This document shows positions 39,120 through 48,290 of a stretch of 64,000 bases of DNA, in pieces. The position numbers and the translations under genes are program-made. The DNA lies in IMG/VR virus record IMGVR_UViG_3300032334_002567, positions 248,001 to 312,000 of that record. One strand, given 5' to 3'. The notes under the pieces were generated by a model. That model ran no database searches. It saw nothing but the letters and a program-made list of their open reading frames with translations, and was not told the DNA's origin. Each line of letters begins with the position of its first letter. Position 1 is the first letter of the stretch.

Positions 39120-39458
39120 ATGAAGGTTAAAGTTTACTTTAATTTGAGGAAGAAGTGCTTCAGTGTTCAGCATAAAGGTCTGGTAGTTGCTCATACTGAT
39201 AAAATTGGCCTTAGAGATGTTGTTTTTCGTGTTAGTGAGGCAGGAAGACAGCGTGTTTTGAGGGAAAAGCGTAAGAATGTTCATGCTTATGTGATCGGCT
39301 TTATTGACAAATTTAAACCCCTCAAGGGCTCTGAAATCACCTATAATCCCTATAAATGGGCTAATTTTGTTAAAAAGAGAGGAAAAAAGCCTGTATTTGA
39401 GGCTCGTTTTGCACAATTGACATGTGAAAACGAAAAAGGTAAGATCATCGCTCTATAA
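39120..39458 (+). CDS. hypothetical phage protein
   Basis: VYFNL.K..FSV...F.VSEAGRQRVLREKRKNVHA.V.G...YNPYK. Confidence 0.8.
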   Translation: MKVKVYFNLRKKCFSVQHKGLVVAHTDKIGLRDVVFRVSEAGRQRVLREKRKNVHAYVIGFIDKFKPLKGSEITYNPYKWANFVKKRGKKPVFEARFAQLTCENEKGKIIAL

Positions 39459-39660
39459 TAGTTGTACCCTAGCCATTTGAAAGGAATCTTATGGGGCCAC
39501 AAATCGGTGCTATCGTTCTGACTGATCCTGCTAACCACTCGCATATCAATAGCGATGCGTTTGTTGCTATGGTTAAAGAGCAAAAATACTTAGTTGGCTC
39601 TGTTCAAACGAACGATCAGGGTGTGAAATACATCCCGATTCATAAGGCTGGCTAAGGTGA

Positions 39661-39732
39661 GGCCCCATAGTTTAACGGATAAAATAAGGGATTTCTAATC
39701 CCTTGATAGTGGTTCGATTCCACTTGGGGCTA
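39661..39732 (+). tRNA. tRNA-Arg(UCU)
   Basis: GGCCCCA/TGGGGCT acceptor, AGGGA-TTTCTAA-TCCCT, AGTGG-TTCGATT-CCACT. Confidence 0.9.
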
Positions 39733-39784
39733 GTATTTTATTTGTACCCTAAGACTTCGGTTCGATAACTTTGGAGATTTTATA

Positions 39785-40135
39785 ATGGGTTACAGCGGCC
39801 TAGAAACGTGGGCGTACAGCGATAATGCTGCCGAGTTGCGGCAGATAATTGAAGAAGCCCGTGAGAAGAGAAAGCCATTAGATAAGGTTTTCTATGGCAA
39901 GGTTGTGAAGCAAAGAGACAATGAGTGGAATACTGAAGGTTGTGTGAATTTGGCTCTTTTGTTAGAAGACGGTTTTATAACTGTCAAAGATCTGGGTAAA
40001 AAAAATACTCAGGAAGTTTTGTATCGGCTGGGTGAGCTTCTAGAAAATCCTGATAATGATAAGTATCACGATAAGGCATATCTTAGAATGGTTCATTCTG
40101 TAACAAGTATGATCGCTAAAAAAGGAACCAAATGA
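39785..40135 (+). CDS. hypothetical protein
   Basis: GGAG RBS after a motif copy. Confidence 0.7.
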   Translation: MGYSGLETWAYSDNAAELRQIIEEAREKRKPLDKVFYGKVVKQRDNEWNTEGCVNLALLLEDGFITVKDLGKKNTQEVLYRLGELLENPDNDKYHDKAYLRMVHSVTSMIAKKGTK

Positions 40136-40390
40136 GTCTTTTTGAAAAACATCACGCTTCTATTCAGAAAAGCAATAACGAACCTATCAATCCTCCTTTA
40201 AACAAGAACCACATCTTAGCCAGAGGTGTTCCAACTAGAGGTATTCCGCCACTAAAGGAGCTGAAGCAATTACTTAAAAATAGGAAGAGAATTCGGTAGC
40301 TAATTTAAAATTTGAATAATTGCATTGTATTTTAATTGTACCCTAGCGGTTTGTCGTCAATAACATTCCCTTCCTTTGATGGGTAAACAA

Positions 40391-40609
40391 ATGACCAAGA
40401 CTAAGACCACTATGGCGGACGAGAACTGTGAGTTTCATGATGAAGTCGGTTTCTTTTGGCATCGGAACTACAACAGCGTGGCTAACGTGACTCTTTTGGC
40501 CGATGGCACTCTGGTGTTTAGCGGCTCTAACTACAATCTGGAAATCCAGAACATCGGTACGGATCAGGAGAAGGTGGTTGTAAAGAATGCTGCTGATCTG
40601 GTTCTGTAA
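40391..40609 (+). CDS. hypothetical protein
   Basis: ORF after a motif copy, followed by a GC-rich hairpin at 40616-40672. Confidence 0.6.
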   Translation: MTKTKTTMADENCEFHDEVGFFWHRNYNSVANVTLLADGTLVFSGSNYNLEIQNIGTDQEKVVVKNAADLVL

Positions 40610-40775
40610 ACGTGTGCTAGGGGCGGCAAGGCTCTACGGCCAAAAGCTGCGAAACTGCTAGCCGCCCCTAGCCGCTAATTCAAATTTTGAATAATAGCAA
40701 TCAAAATAATTGTACCCTAAACAGGTACGACGTTCTTCGATAAACTTGTTTTTCTAACCTTTCTAGGAGTTTCTC

Positions 40776-41924
40776 ATGGCTCGGACGAAGTCTGCCGAAG
40801 CGGTGTTGATTGAGGCTTGCTTGGCTGCTGGCACTGCTCACAACTACCGTATGTTTCAAAGGACGAACGAGTATCAGCTTTATACTGACAACAATCCCGG
40901 CAAGGATATCAGCCAGCCGTTCTTCAATAGCGTGAAGAATCGTTGGGTTCGTAACCGTCCCGGCACTACTGTTACCGCCGCCCCGGCTGTTGGTTCGGCT
41001 GTGGCTGTGGATGCTCCTTCTGTCCCGTCTCTCCCCCCTGCATTCGCTTTTGAGCCTGCGACTTGGACATACGATGCGGAGGCCATTGATATGATTCCTA
41101 CGTTGGATAAGCACTTCGTTATTACCGAAGAGAACAAGGCACTCGTTGACCTTGTTCAGAAGCGTAGCAAGGTTAGCAACGTCAACGTGCGGCTTGTCGG
41201 CCCCGCTGGCTGCGGCAAGACCAGCTTCGCTATGCAGTACGCAGCTAACCGTAAGCTGCCTGCGATGGTGATGGACTGTGCCAACGTGCGTGAGCCGCGA
41301 GACTGGTTCGGCTACCGTAAGTTCGGTGCCGATACCAAGGACATTGTGTGGCATGAAAGTATGTTCATCAAGATGATCGAAACGGCTGGAAGCGTTGTTG
41401 TGCTGGACGAGTTGAATCGTGTCAGTCCGATGGTTGTGAATACGCTGATCCCGCTGCTCGACCATCGTCGGTCAACGTATCTGGAAGAGGCTGGGCGCCG
41501 GATCACGGTGGCAGAGGGCGTTACCTTCTGGGCTGCGTTGAATGAAGGCAACCAATTCACCGGAACTATCGCTCTGGACGAGGCTCTTAGCGACCGCTTC
41601 GGCCTTGTCGTGGAGTGCAAGTTTCTTGAGTCCAAGACCGAAAGCCATGTTCTTCGCCAGAAGACCGGCCTCGACCTTGATAGCTGCAAGAAGTTGGTAG
41701 ACGTTGCCAACCAAGTGCGGGCTAAGTCGCAGTCGGACAGCGTGGATGCCTTTAGCAAGCCTATCAGCACCCGTATGCTGGAAGAGGCTGCGATGGCAAT
41801 GAGCATCGGTGGTACTAAGACCATGCACTACACGCTGCTGAACCACTTCAGTGCGGACGGTGGTGTGACTAGCCAGCGAGACGGCCTGCGGAAGCTGCTG
41901 GTTGGCAAGTTCGGGGAGATTTGA
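40776..41924 (+). CDS. CobS/CbbQ/NirQ-like AAA+ ATPase
   Basis: GPAGCGKTS, VLDELNR, ALNEG..FTGT..LD.AL.DRF, ISTR. Confidence 0.88.
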   Translation: MARTKSAEAVLIEACLAAGTAHNYRMFQRTNEYQLYTDNNPGKDISQPFFNSVKNRWVRNRPGTTVTAAPAVGSAVAVDAPSVPSLPPAFAFEPATWTYDAEAIDMIPTLDKHFVITEENKALVDLVQKRSKVSNVNVRLVGPAGCGKTSFAMQYAANRKLPAMVMDCANVREPRDWFGYRKFGADTKDIVWHESMFIKMIETAGSVVVLDELNRVSPMVVNTLIPLLDHRRSTYLEEAGRRITVAEGVTFWAALNEGNQFTGTIALDEALSDRFGLVVECKFLESKTESHVLRQKTGLDLDSCKKLVDVANQVRAKSQSDSVDAFSKPISTRMLEEAAMAMSIGGTKTMHYTLLNHFSADGGVTSQRDGLRKLLVGKFGEI

Positions 41925-41931
41925 TCGACGC

Positions 41932-41968
41932 TGCCTGCCGGGGGAGACTAATAACCCCCGGCAGGCAG
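41932..41968. terminator. GC-rich hairpin between the AAA and vWA genes
   Basis: TGCCTGCCGGGGG...CCCCCGGCAGGCA. Confidence 0.55.
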
Positions 41969-42051
41969 GCTAATTTTAAATAATTGTCCTCTAATTTTAT
42001 TGTACCCTAACAAACTACAGTTCAACGGCACTCACTCTCAGGAGACGAACG

Positions 42052-44259
42052 ATGAAGGCTGAATGGTTCAAGCGGTGGGACGATAAGGCCGAGGATGATG
42101 TTGAAATCATCGAGGTTGATTCTTCTACTGGCTACTTCGGTCAGGAGGAGGAAGAGGAGACGGACAATCGGTCTGGCTGGTGGAGCCAGTTCCACGGTGG
42201 CGGCAAGTCCCGGTCTTATACCCCCGTCAAGAGTACCAGTGCGTACCTTCGGTCTCATTCGGGTTCTCAGGACAATGGTCGCCGTGCTGATCGTAACGAA
42301 GACCTTCTGGAGGTTATCAAGGAGGTCAGCAAGACGATCAATCTCACCATCAATAGCGATGGTGGCAAGGATGAGAAGAATCTCAGTGTCCGGTATAGCG
42401 ACGGGTGCGTTGTGAATGACCTGTCCTCACCGATTCTGTATGTCTCTCCCAAGGTTCTCATGGACGATAGCGGTGTTGTTCACGACAAGTCCAGCGATGC
42501 TTACTATGCTGGGCTTGATGCCTTGAACGGTCAGGCCATGCTGTGCAGCTTCATGCGAAAGAGCGTTGGCCGTAGGGCTAACTATCAGTACCAGTCTTGT
42601 GACAACTGGGCTGTTCGTAATCTTTACATGACCGATCTTCAGAGTACGGCTGGCAATGAGATTTATTCTGATTGGCCCGGCTTTCGCTCCTATGTCGATT
42701 CCCAGCAGAAGGTTTTCAACCAGAGCAGGGAAGCGATCATGGGTGCGTTCGCTAGCCCCGATCAGAACATTGACAACTTTGTCAATCTGATTTGTCACAA
42801 CCGTCTGTCTCAGGATCGTATTGACTATCACGATTACTTCCAGACAGAGATTGCCGACCGGCTTGATGCAGCGGATTGTCTTCTCAATGAGACGATGGAC
42901 ACGCCGTGCGAGAATGACGAGCGGTTCCAGCGGTCTAGCGATCTGTACAATCAGATTCAGCAGCTTCTTGATCTGACTCAGCCGCCCCCGCAGCAGCAGC
43001 CGCAGGACGGTGATGACGAGCAGGATGATGATCAGCAGCAGGACGGCCAGCCGCAGGGCAGCAAGGGCCAGAATGACGATGACAGCGATTCCGATGGTCA
43101 GGATGGGGATGCTGATGGGGATGCTGATGGTGACGGTCAGGATGCTGACGGTGATGGTGATAGTGACTCTGATAGCGATGCCGATGGTGGCAATAGTAAC
43201 AACCCCGGTAAGGGTCGTAGCACTCCCGGCAACGGGAAGGGCAAGCCCAAGACCGACATTCAGAGCATCGACACCAACTCCAACAGCCCGAAGAATCGGG
43301 AGTTCACTGGTGACAATAGTTACAATGAGACTACTGTCGCTGGTGACTATGCTGCTAGTCACATTGACCCCAGCCAGCAGTTGAGGGAGCGGGAGCAGCA
43401 TCAGCCGGATGCACTCCGGTCGATTCAAGATAAGCAGCTTGAAGGTGCGACTTACACTCGCATCGTGCCGCCAGTGAATCCCGAAACGAGGGAGCGGTAC
43501 AAGCGAGTTGTTAGTGCTAATCGTGGAGCGATCAGTCGTGTAAAGAACTGCTTCGACTTCCATAACACTGACTTCGCTCTGTCAAGCTATGGTTTGACGG
43601 TTGGCGGTCTTGACGAGCAGAGCCTTCATAAGGTTCAGTTCGGTGAGACAGAGCGGCTGTACGAGCGTAAGGATATCCTTTCGAAGAAGAAGTGGCTGGT
43701 GACGCTGCTTATCGACCAGAGCGGTTCGATGGCAGGCCGGAAGATGGAACAGGCTAGGGAGTTGGCGATCATCTTCTCCGAAGCTTTGAAGTCTCTCCGT
43801 GACACTGACTTCAGCGTGTACGGTTTCTCTACGGGTGGTAACACTAGGATTAACACCTATTGTTACAAAGACACCCAGACGAAGAAACTGGAAGCGTTGA
43901 GCGAGGCGTGTGAACACCAGAACACGGGTCTTGGGTTCCATATCGCTCATGTTGGGGATAAGATGCTCAAGCAGTATCCCAACCATGAGAATCGGATTCT
44001 GTTTGTGATTACTGACGGTGAACCTAACATGACTCCCACTCCGACAATGAATGGGTATCAGCATACGGCTCACTGTTGTAATCTCTTGCGGAAGCGTGGT
44101 ATCAACGTGTACGGCATCGGCATTGCCAATGCGTTCGGTGATCCCACTGGTCAGCAGTTGTTCGGCAACGGTAACTACACCGTGTTGAACGATGTTCGGT
44201 CTACGCTGAACGTGCTTACCAATCGGTTGCGGAACTTCTTCAAGAAGATGAAGAGGTAG
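42052..44259 (+). CDS. CobT-like vWA domain protein
   Basis: acidic D/G/Q linker; IDQSGSM (MIDAS), VITDGEP, GIGI. Confidence 0.85.
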   Translation: MKAEWFKRWDDKAEDDVEIIEVDSSTGYFGQEEEEETDNRSGWWSQFHGGGKSRSYTPVKSTSAYLRSHSGSQDNGRRADRNEDLLEVIKEVSKTINLTINSDGGKDEKNLSVRYSDGCVVNDLSSPILYVSPKVLMDDSGVVHDKSSDAYYAGLDALNGQAMLCSFMRKSVGRRANYQYQSCDNWAVRNLYMTDLQSTAGNEIYSDWPGFRSYVDSQQKVFNQSREAIMGAFASPDQNIDNFVNLICHNRLSQDRIDYHDYFQTEIADRLDAADCLLNETMDTPCENDERFQRSSDLYNQIQQLLDLTQPPPQQQPQDGDDEQDDDQQQDGQPQGSKGQNDDDSDSDGQDGDADGDADGDGQDADGDGDSDSDSDADGGNSNNPGKGRSTPGNGKGKPKTDIQSIDTNSNSPKNREFTGDNSYNETTVAGDYAASHIDPSQQLREREQHQPDALRSIQDKQLEGATYTRIVPPVNPETRERYKRVVSANRGAISRVKNCFDFHNTDFALSSYGLTVGGLDEQSLHKVQFGETERLYERKDILSKKKWLVTLLIDQSGSMAGRKMEQARELAIIFSEALKSLRDTDFSVYGFSTGGNTRINTYCYKDTQTKKLEALSEACEHQNTGLGFHIAHVGDKMLKQYPNHENRILFVITDGEPNMTPTPTMNGYQHTAHCCNLLRKRGINVYGIGIANAFGDPTGQQLFGNGNYTVLNDVRSTLNVLTNRLRNFFKKMKR

Positions 44260-44281
44260 ACTTGGTAAGATGGGCAAGACC

Positions 44282-44309
44282 TTTACAAAGTCTTGTTCTG
44301 TGTTATGAT
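44282..44309 (+). promoter_or_regulatory. sigma70-type promoter
   Basis: TTTACA-16 bp-TATGAT with extended TG. Confidence 0.55.
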
Positions 44310-44356
44310 GTTCGTCGGTTTTGTTTTCGGTTGTACCCTACTAGGAAAGGAATCTT

Positions 44357-44737
44357 ATGAGGACGTTTGTTATTGTCGCTGTTGCTGTTGTGATCGGTGG
44401 TCTTTGCCAGCAGGATGCTCATGCTTGGCCCCGATATCGCAACAGTAATAGCAATTACACTACGCAGTCTTCTTCGACACCGAAGGTGACTTCGTACACC
44501 AACAGCTACGGTGCTAATGATACTAGCTCCGCCCAAGGCGTGGCTGAGATCATGGCTCGTACTGGTCGTGTTGGCCACTGGGGTGGCAACCGTGGTTACG
44601 AGGGTTGTGGTTCTGGCTCTTCGCAGGAAGCTGCCTACAGGAACTGCTGCTTTTCAAACAGCGGTATGACTACGGTCGATGTTGGTTATGCCCAAGGTAG
44701 CAATGGTCAGTGGTATTGTTGCCGTCGATATCGATAG
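44357..44737 (+). CDS. secreted Cys/Gly-rich protein of a type I associate with Planctomycetota
   Basis: signal peptide; AQGVAE.MA..G..GH.GG..GYEG.G.GSS...A..NCCF......D.G.A.G..G.WY.C.RY. Confidence 0.7.
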   Translation: MRTFVIVAVAVVIGGLCQQDAHAWPRYRNSNSNYTTQSSSTPKVTSYTNSYGANDTSSAQGVAEIMARTGRVGHWGGNRGYEGCGSGSSQEAAYRNCCFSNSGMTTVDVGYAQGSNGQWYCCRRYR

Positions 44738-44792
44738 TCAGTTCAGGATTAATCCCGTCAGGATGACTGCATCTAATAACAAGGAGAACATA

Positions 44793-45383
44793 ATGTCCGA
44801 CAATAATTATAATGAAGTATACGTGGCTGTTCGAATCAAGGGCAGTCATCCTGACGGGGATCCCGACAAGTCGATTGAGGTGGTGGAGGTTGTCAAGGGA
44901 CATCGGCTCAGCAAGAGTTATGCAAAACTTCTTGCAAGCCCAACGTTTGCTATGAACATTGGTATCAATGACGTAGTGGAACTTGGACCTGCTGACCCAG
45001 ATTTCTTGGATGAGAATCCTGACTTCTCCAGCAATTTATATGATCCAGACGAGATGAAACAGAAGGCAGCTCAGGGTCTGCTCTTTGAAGCGAAGAAGGT
45101 TATCACCCACGGCACGTATAAAATCGGCGTTCGTTTCGTCACAGCAAAAGATGAAGACGTAGGGATGATTTCTGATCATTTCAATAAGAACAATGCAATT
45201 TTTGAAATGTGTATGCCAAGTGTTGGCACGGTCAGCTTCACCAGAGAGACTCCTTTTTCGTCAGCGGTAGAGACTTTACAGGCCGCACCATATGTGGTAA
45301 CCTGTGCCGTCTGTTTTGATCCCAGTTGTTTTCCAGAAATTGGATTCAGCGAGGATCTAATTCCAAAAAATGATGAAGACTGA
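44793..45383 (+). CDS. hypothetical protein
   Basis: AAGGAG RBS before ATG 44793. Confidence 0.65.
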   Translation: MSDNNYNEVYVAVRIKGSHPDGDPDKSIEVVEVVKGHRLSKSYAKLLASPTFAMNIGINDVVELGPADPDFLDENPDFSSNLYDPDEMKQKAAQGLLFEAKKVITHGTYKIGVRFVTAKDEDVGMISDHFNKNNAIFEMCMPSVGTVSFTRETPFSSAVETLQAAPYVVTCAVCFDPSCFPEIGFSEDLIPKNDED

Positions 45384-45388
45384 TCACT

Positions 45389-45606
45389 TCCGCTGCGAAA
45401 GCAGCCACCTTGCCTGAGGTGCCCTTTCCGCAGGGAATCAGGCCGTCGTGTTCATGAGGCGTACCCTTTCCGTCGTCGGGGTGCATGAACTCACTTTGAT
45501 ATTGCATGTGCTGTTTGGACTCGACAGTAAATATCATGGTCAACCCGTACCAGTGTCACTGTGGACTCATACCCCACGGTGTGTCCGTGCGACTCGGATG
45601 ACGGGC
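45389..45606 (+). ncRNA. candidate multi-hairpin structured RNA upstream of tRNA-Lys
   Basis: five consecutive helices including GCTGC-GAAA-GCAGC, GCCTGA/TCAGGC, GTTCATG/CATGAAC, TGATATT/AATATCA, CCCGT/ACGGG. Confidence 0.5.
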
Positions 45607-45638
45607 ATAAATGGATTTATGGGACTGATACTGCAAAA

Positions 45639-45907
45639 GGAAGCGTAGCTCAGTTGGTAGAGCATCGGACTTCAAATAGGAGTGCTTATCGGGAAACTGA
45701 TAAAGTAGAACTGCTCAAATTCGGTGAACGCTTAACTGCCAATACCGAGCCAAGCCTAGAAATAGGAAGGTGTAGAGACTTGACGGGCAGCACCTAAAGT
45801 TGAAAAACAATGGTGAAGGTAAAGTCCAGACCACAAACAGAAATGGTAACGAAAGTTATAGTGGTAAGTTAATCCGTTGGTCCTGGGTTCGAGTCCCAGC
45901 GCTTCCA
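45639..45907 (+). tRNA. tRNA-Lys(UUU) interrupted by a group I intron (exons 45639-45672 and 45869-45907)
   Basis: GGAAGCG/CGCTTCC acceptor; spliced loop CT-TTT-AA; T arm CTGGG-TTCGAGT-CCCAG. Confidence 0.85.
45673..45868 (+). ncRNA. self-splicing group I intron (IC3-like), 196 nt, no ORF
   Basis: P1 ACTTC/GGAGT with U.G at the 5' splice site; CAAATTCGGTGAA, ATACCGAGCCAAG, GTGTAGAGACTTGACGG and AAGGTAAAGTCC core elements; terminal G. Confidence 0.85.
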
Positions 45908-45939
45908 TTGTTATTGTTTTCAAGGACGTAAGGACAACA

Positions 45940-46116
45940 ATGAAAAAGAAAAAGCCAAGCTATAAGAAATTGAAGAAGGCGTTTTTGGCGGTTGTAAACA
46001 ATACGAATCTTGATAGTGAAAAATGTGCTGAGTATTCTTTCGTGCTTAAGATCTGGGAGCGTTTGAAGAAAGAACAAAAGAAGAAGCAGGACAACGAACC
46101 GCTTTTACCTGTGTGA
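45940..46116 (+). CDS. small basic hypothetical protein
   Basis: AAGGA RBS before ATG 45940. Confidence 0.5.
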   Translation: MKKKKPSYKKLKKAFLAVVNNTNLDSEKCAEYSFVLKIWERLKKEQKKKQDNEPLLPV

Positions 46117-46123
46117 TTAGGTT

Positions 46124-46208
46124 GCCGAAGTGGCGAAATTGGCGAAACGCAAGGGACTTAAAATCCCTCACATTAGAAACACTGCGGGTTCGAATCCCGC
46201 CTTCGGCA
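46124..46208 (+). tRNA. tRNA-Leu(UAA)
   Basis: GCCGAAG/CTTCGGC acceptor, AGGGA-CTTAAAA-TCCCT, long variable arm. Confidence 0.92.
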
Positions 46209-46246
46209 CTGGTTTGATTTTTATAACTTGTGAATAAGGAGATAAC

Positions 46247-46516
46247 ATGAAGTATGCTATTGCGTTCTTGACTATGTTTGGCGCTTTTAATGTTTGCAAT
46301 TATGTGAACGCTGATCAGATTCAAATCAATGACGATGAGATCAATAAGATTCTTAAGGCTAAAGAGATTGTTCGGGGGATGGTAAACTTTCCCGATACCC
46401 TTGTGTTCCATGAGTTCTATACCAAGGTCAGCGGAAACACTGTGACGCTTAAGTTTACCGCTAAGAATGCTTTTGGTGTGCCAGAGACGCATATCAAAGA
46501 TATTAAAGTCAATTGA
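46247..46516 (+). CDS. small exported protein
   Basis: signal-like N-terminus; P.T..F...V...F.AKNAFG motif. Confidence 0.65.
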   Translation: MKYAIAFLTMFGAFNVCNYVNADQIQINDDEINKILKAKEIVRGMVNFPDTLVFHEFYTKVSGNTVTLKFTAKNAFGVPETHIKDIKVN

Positions 46517-46668
46517 TATTAAATCCGGCCTACCGCAGATAGCATTCACTGTTCGCTCGGTGAGTACGTCCCGGCAGGCCGGATTTCTCTTAATTTAGAA
46601 TTAGGGTGCATAAAATAATTGTACCCTATAATTCTAGCGGTCTCTCTAAACTTTACCCGGAGTATCCT

Positions 46669-46968
46669 GTGAAACTTCTAACTAAAGAACTGCGGAACAA
46701 GCTGCCTCCCCTCTATGCTAATGATGGAAAGGGTGAGGACGCTGTGGCAATCGTCAAGTTTTTCGATGCTTTTGGAAGCTGGACTTGGTGGGCTTCTGAG
46801 TTTGATGGTGATGACACATTCTTCGGGGTTGTTGAGGGACACGAACGAGAGTTCGGCTATTTCAGCTTGAGTGAGTTGGAAAGTTTGAAGATTGGTGGGG
46901 GGTGCCCACGAATCGAAAGAGATTTATATTTTGTCCCCAAGCCTTTGAAGGAATGTAAAAATGAGTAA
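46669..46968 (+). CDS. DUF2958 family protein
   Basis: LP.LY.......A.VKFF...SWTW.ASE.D....FFG.V.G.E.E.GYFSL.EL...IERDLYF.P. Confidence 0.8.
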   Translation: MKLLTKELRNKLPPLYANDGKGEDAVAIVKFFDAFGSWTWWASEFDGDDTFFGVVEGHEREFGYFSLSELESLKIGGGCPRIERDLYFVPKPLKECKNE

Positions 46969-47434
46969 CCTTGTATTGTACCCTTATTATCTTGATGAGT
47001 ATCAGCTTTATTGCTTCGATGATGAACGAACAAACTTGAAGGAAGAGCTTTTTGTTGAAACGATTACAGCAATGATTCATAAGTTGCTAGATTTGAAGGG
47101 GGTAAAGAATCCCCGAGAAGGATTTGAACTAACATTTAGCACAAGTCCTATGAGTGATGCTGACGCTACTTTGACTTGGGTAAGAAGTAACAACCCAACA
47201 GTCAAGCCAGATACTCCCCGAAGTGGAGAAGCAGGCAATTTCTACGCTGTAGAATTAGAAGGTCAGTATATGGAAGGTTGGCTGTGTCCTGCTCTTGCTA
47301 AGTATATGAATGGATATGCACCTTCTAAGATTTATGTGAAGGTTGATAATCTTCCCAAGGGTGTCAATCCGATTTGGGACATTTCTGAGTCTGATAGTCC
47401 TACCGCTTATGTTGGGCCTTACGCTAAGGAGTAA
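46961..47434 (+). CDS. DUF6717-like protein
   Basis: PY......FDD....L.EE.FV...F.L.FS..P...G..Y......GWLCPAL.KY...AP..IYV. Confidence 0.7.
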   Translation: MSNLVLYPYYLDEYQLYCFDDERTNLKEELFVETITAMIHKLLDLKGVKNPREGFELTFSTSPMSDADATLTWVRSNNPTVKPDTPRSGEAGNFYAVELEGQYMEGWLCPALAKYMNGYAPSKIYVKVDNLPKGVNPIWDISESDSPTAYVGPYAKE

Positions 47435-47439
47435 ATGTG

Positions 47440-47688
47440 ATGGAAACTGTTTCGCAGACAGAGAAAAGATGGACTGATGTTGCTAAGAGTCAATTTCTAA
47501 ATAAGAAGATTGTTGCCGTCAGGTATCTTTCTCAAAAAGAAGCAGATTCATTAGGGTGGTACCATCGTCCAATTGTTTTGCAGTTGGACGATGGTAACCT
47601 CATTTTCCCCAGCAGAGATGATGAGGGAAATGATGGTGGTTCACTTTTTACGAATGATGATAAACAACCAGTAATCCCTGTTATTTAA
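47440..47688 (+). CDS. hypothetical phage protein
   Basis: VRY....E....GW..RP....LDDG....PS.DDEGNDGG.LF. Confidence 0.7.
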   Translation: METVSQTEKRWTDVAKSQFLNKKIVAVRYLSQKEADSLGWYHRPIVLQLDDGNLIFPSRDDEGNDGGSLFTNDDKQPVIPVI

Positions 47689-47700
47689 GAAGAGGAAACT

Positions 47701-48204
47701 ATGGGAACAAGATCAATGCACGTTTTCCCTTCAGCTACGAAGGGCAAGTGGATTACTCAGTATTTTCAGTTTGATGGTTCTCCTGCTTATCAGCTTGAGA
47801 AGTTTCTTAGAGATAGTCAGTGCTTTCTAAGAAATCTGACGCTGATTATTGCTTCTGAAAAGAAGATGTCTCCAGATAATGTGCAATTGTTTACAGATTA
47901 TCTTCGTAAGTATTATGCTTGGCGCAGTTTTGATACCCATCATTCAATTGGTAATTCTTGTGAAGTCGATTCTTATGCACTAAAAGACTTTCAAGATCAG
48001 TGGTGTGAATGGGCCTATGAATGGGACAATAACGCTAATCTGAAGATTACCCGTCTTGAGGGTGATTACCCAGCAGTTATTTGTCCTTTGACTGATCTAA
48101 CAAAGTTCCAGTTAGATGGCCCTACAGGCTGGTTTGACGAGTCCAACTTTAAAAAGATGCCTGAAATCATTATGGAAGAGTTTGATGCTCTTTCGGAAAT
48201 CTAG
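47701..48204 (+). CDS. hypothetical phage protein
   Basis: MGTRS....Y.Q.DG.P ... EWAY pattern. Confidence 0.7.
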   Translation: MGTRSMHVFPSATKGKWITQYFQFDGSPAYQLEKFLRDSQCFLRNLTLIIASEKKMSPDNVQLFTDYLRKYYAWRSFDTHHSIGNSCEVDSYALKDFQDQWCEWAYEWDNNANLKITRLEGDYPAVICPLTDLTKFQLDGPTGWFDESNFKKMPEIIMEEFDALSEI

Positions 48205-48290
48205 CTAATTTGGATAAAATAGATGATTTAGACCCTGTAAAATAATTGTACCCTAAGAAAAAAGTTTGTGATCTAAAAAAGGGACAAATA

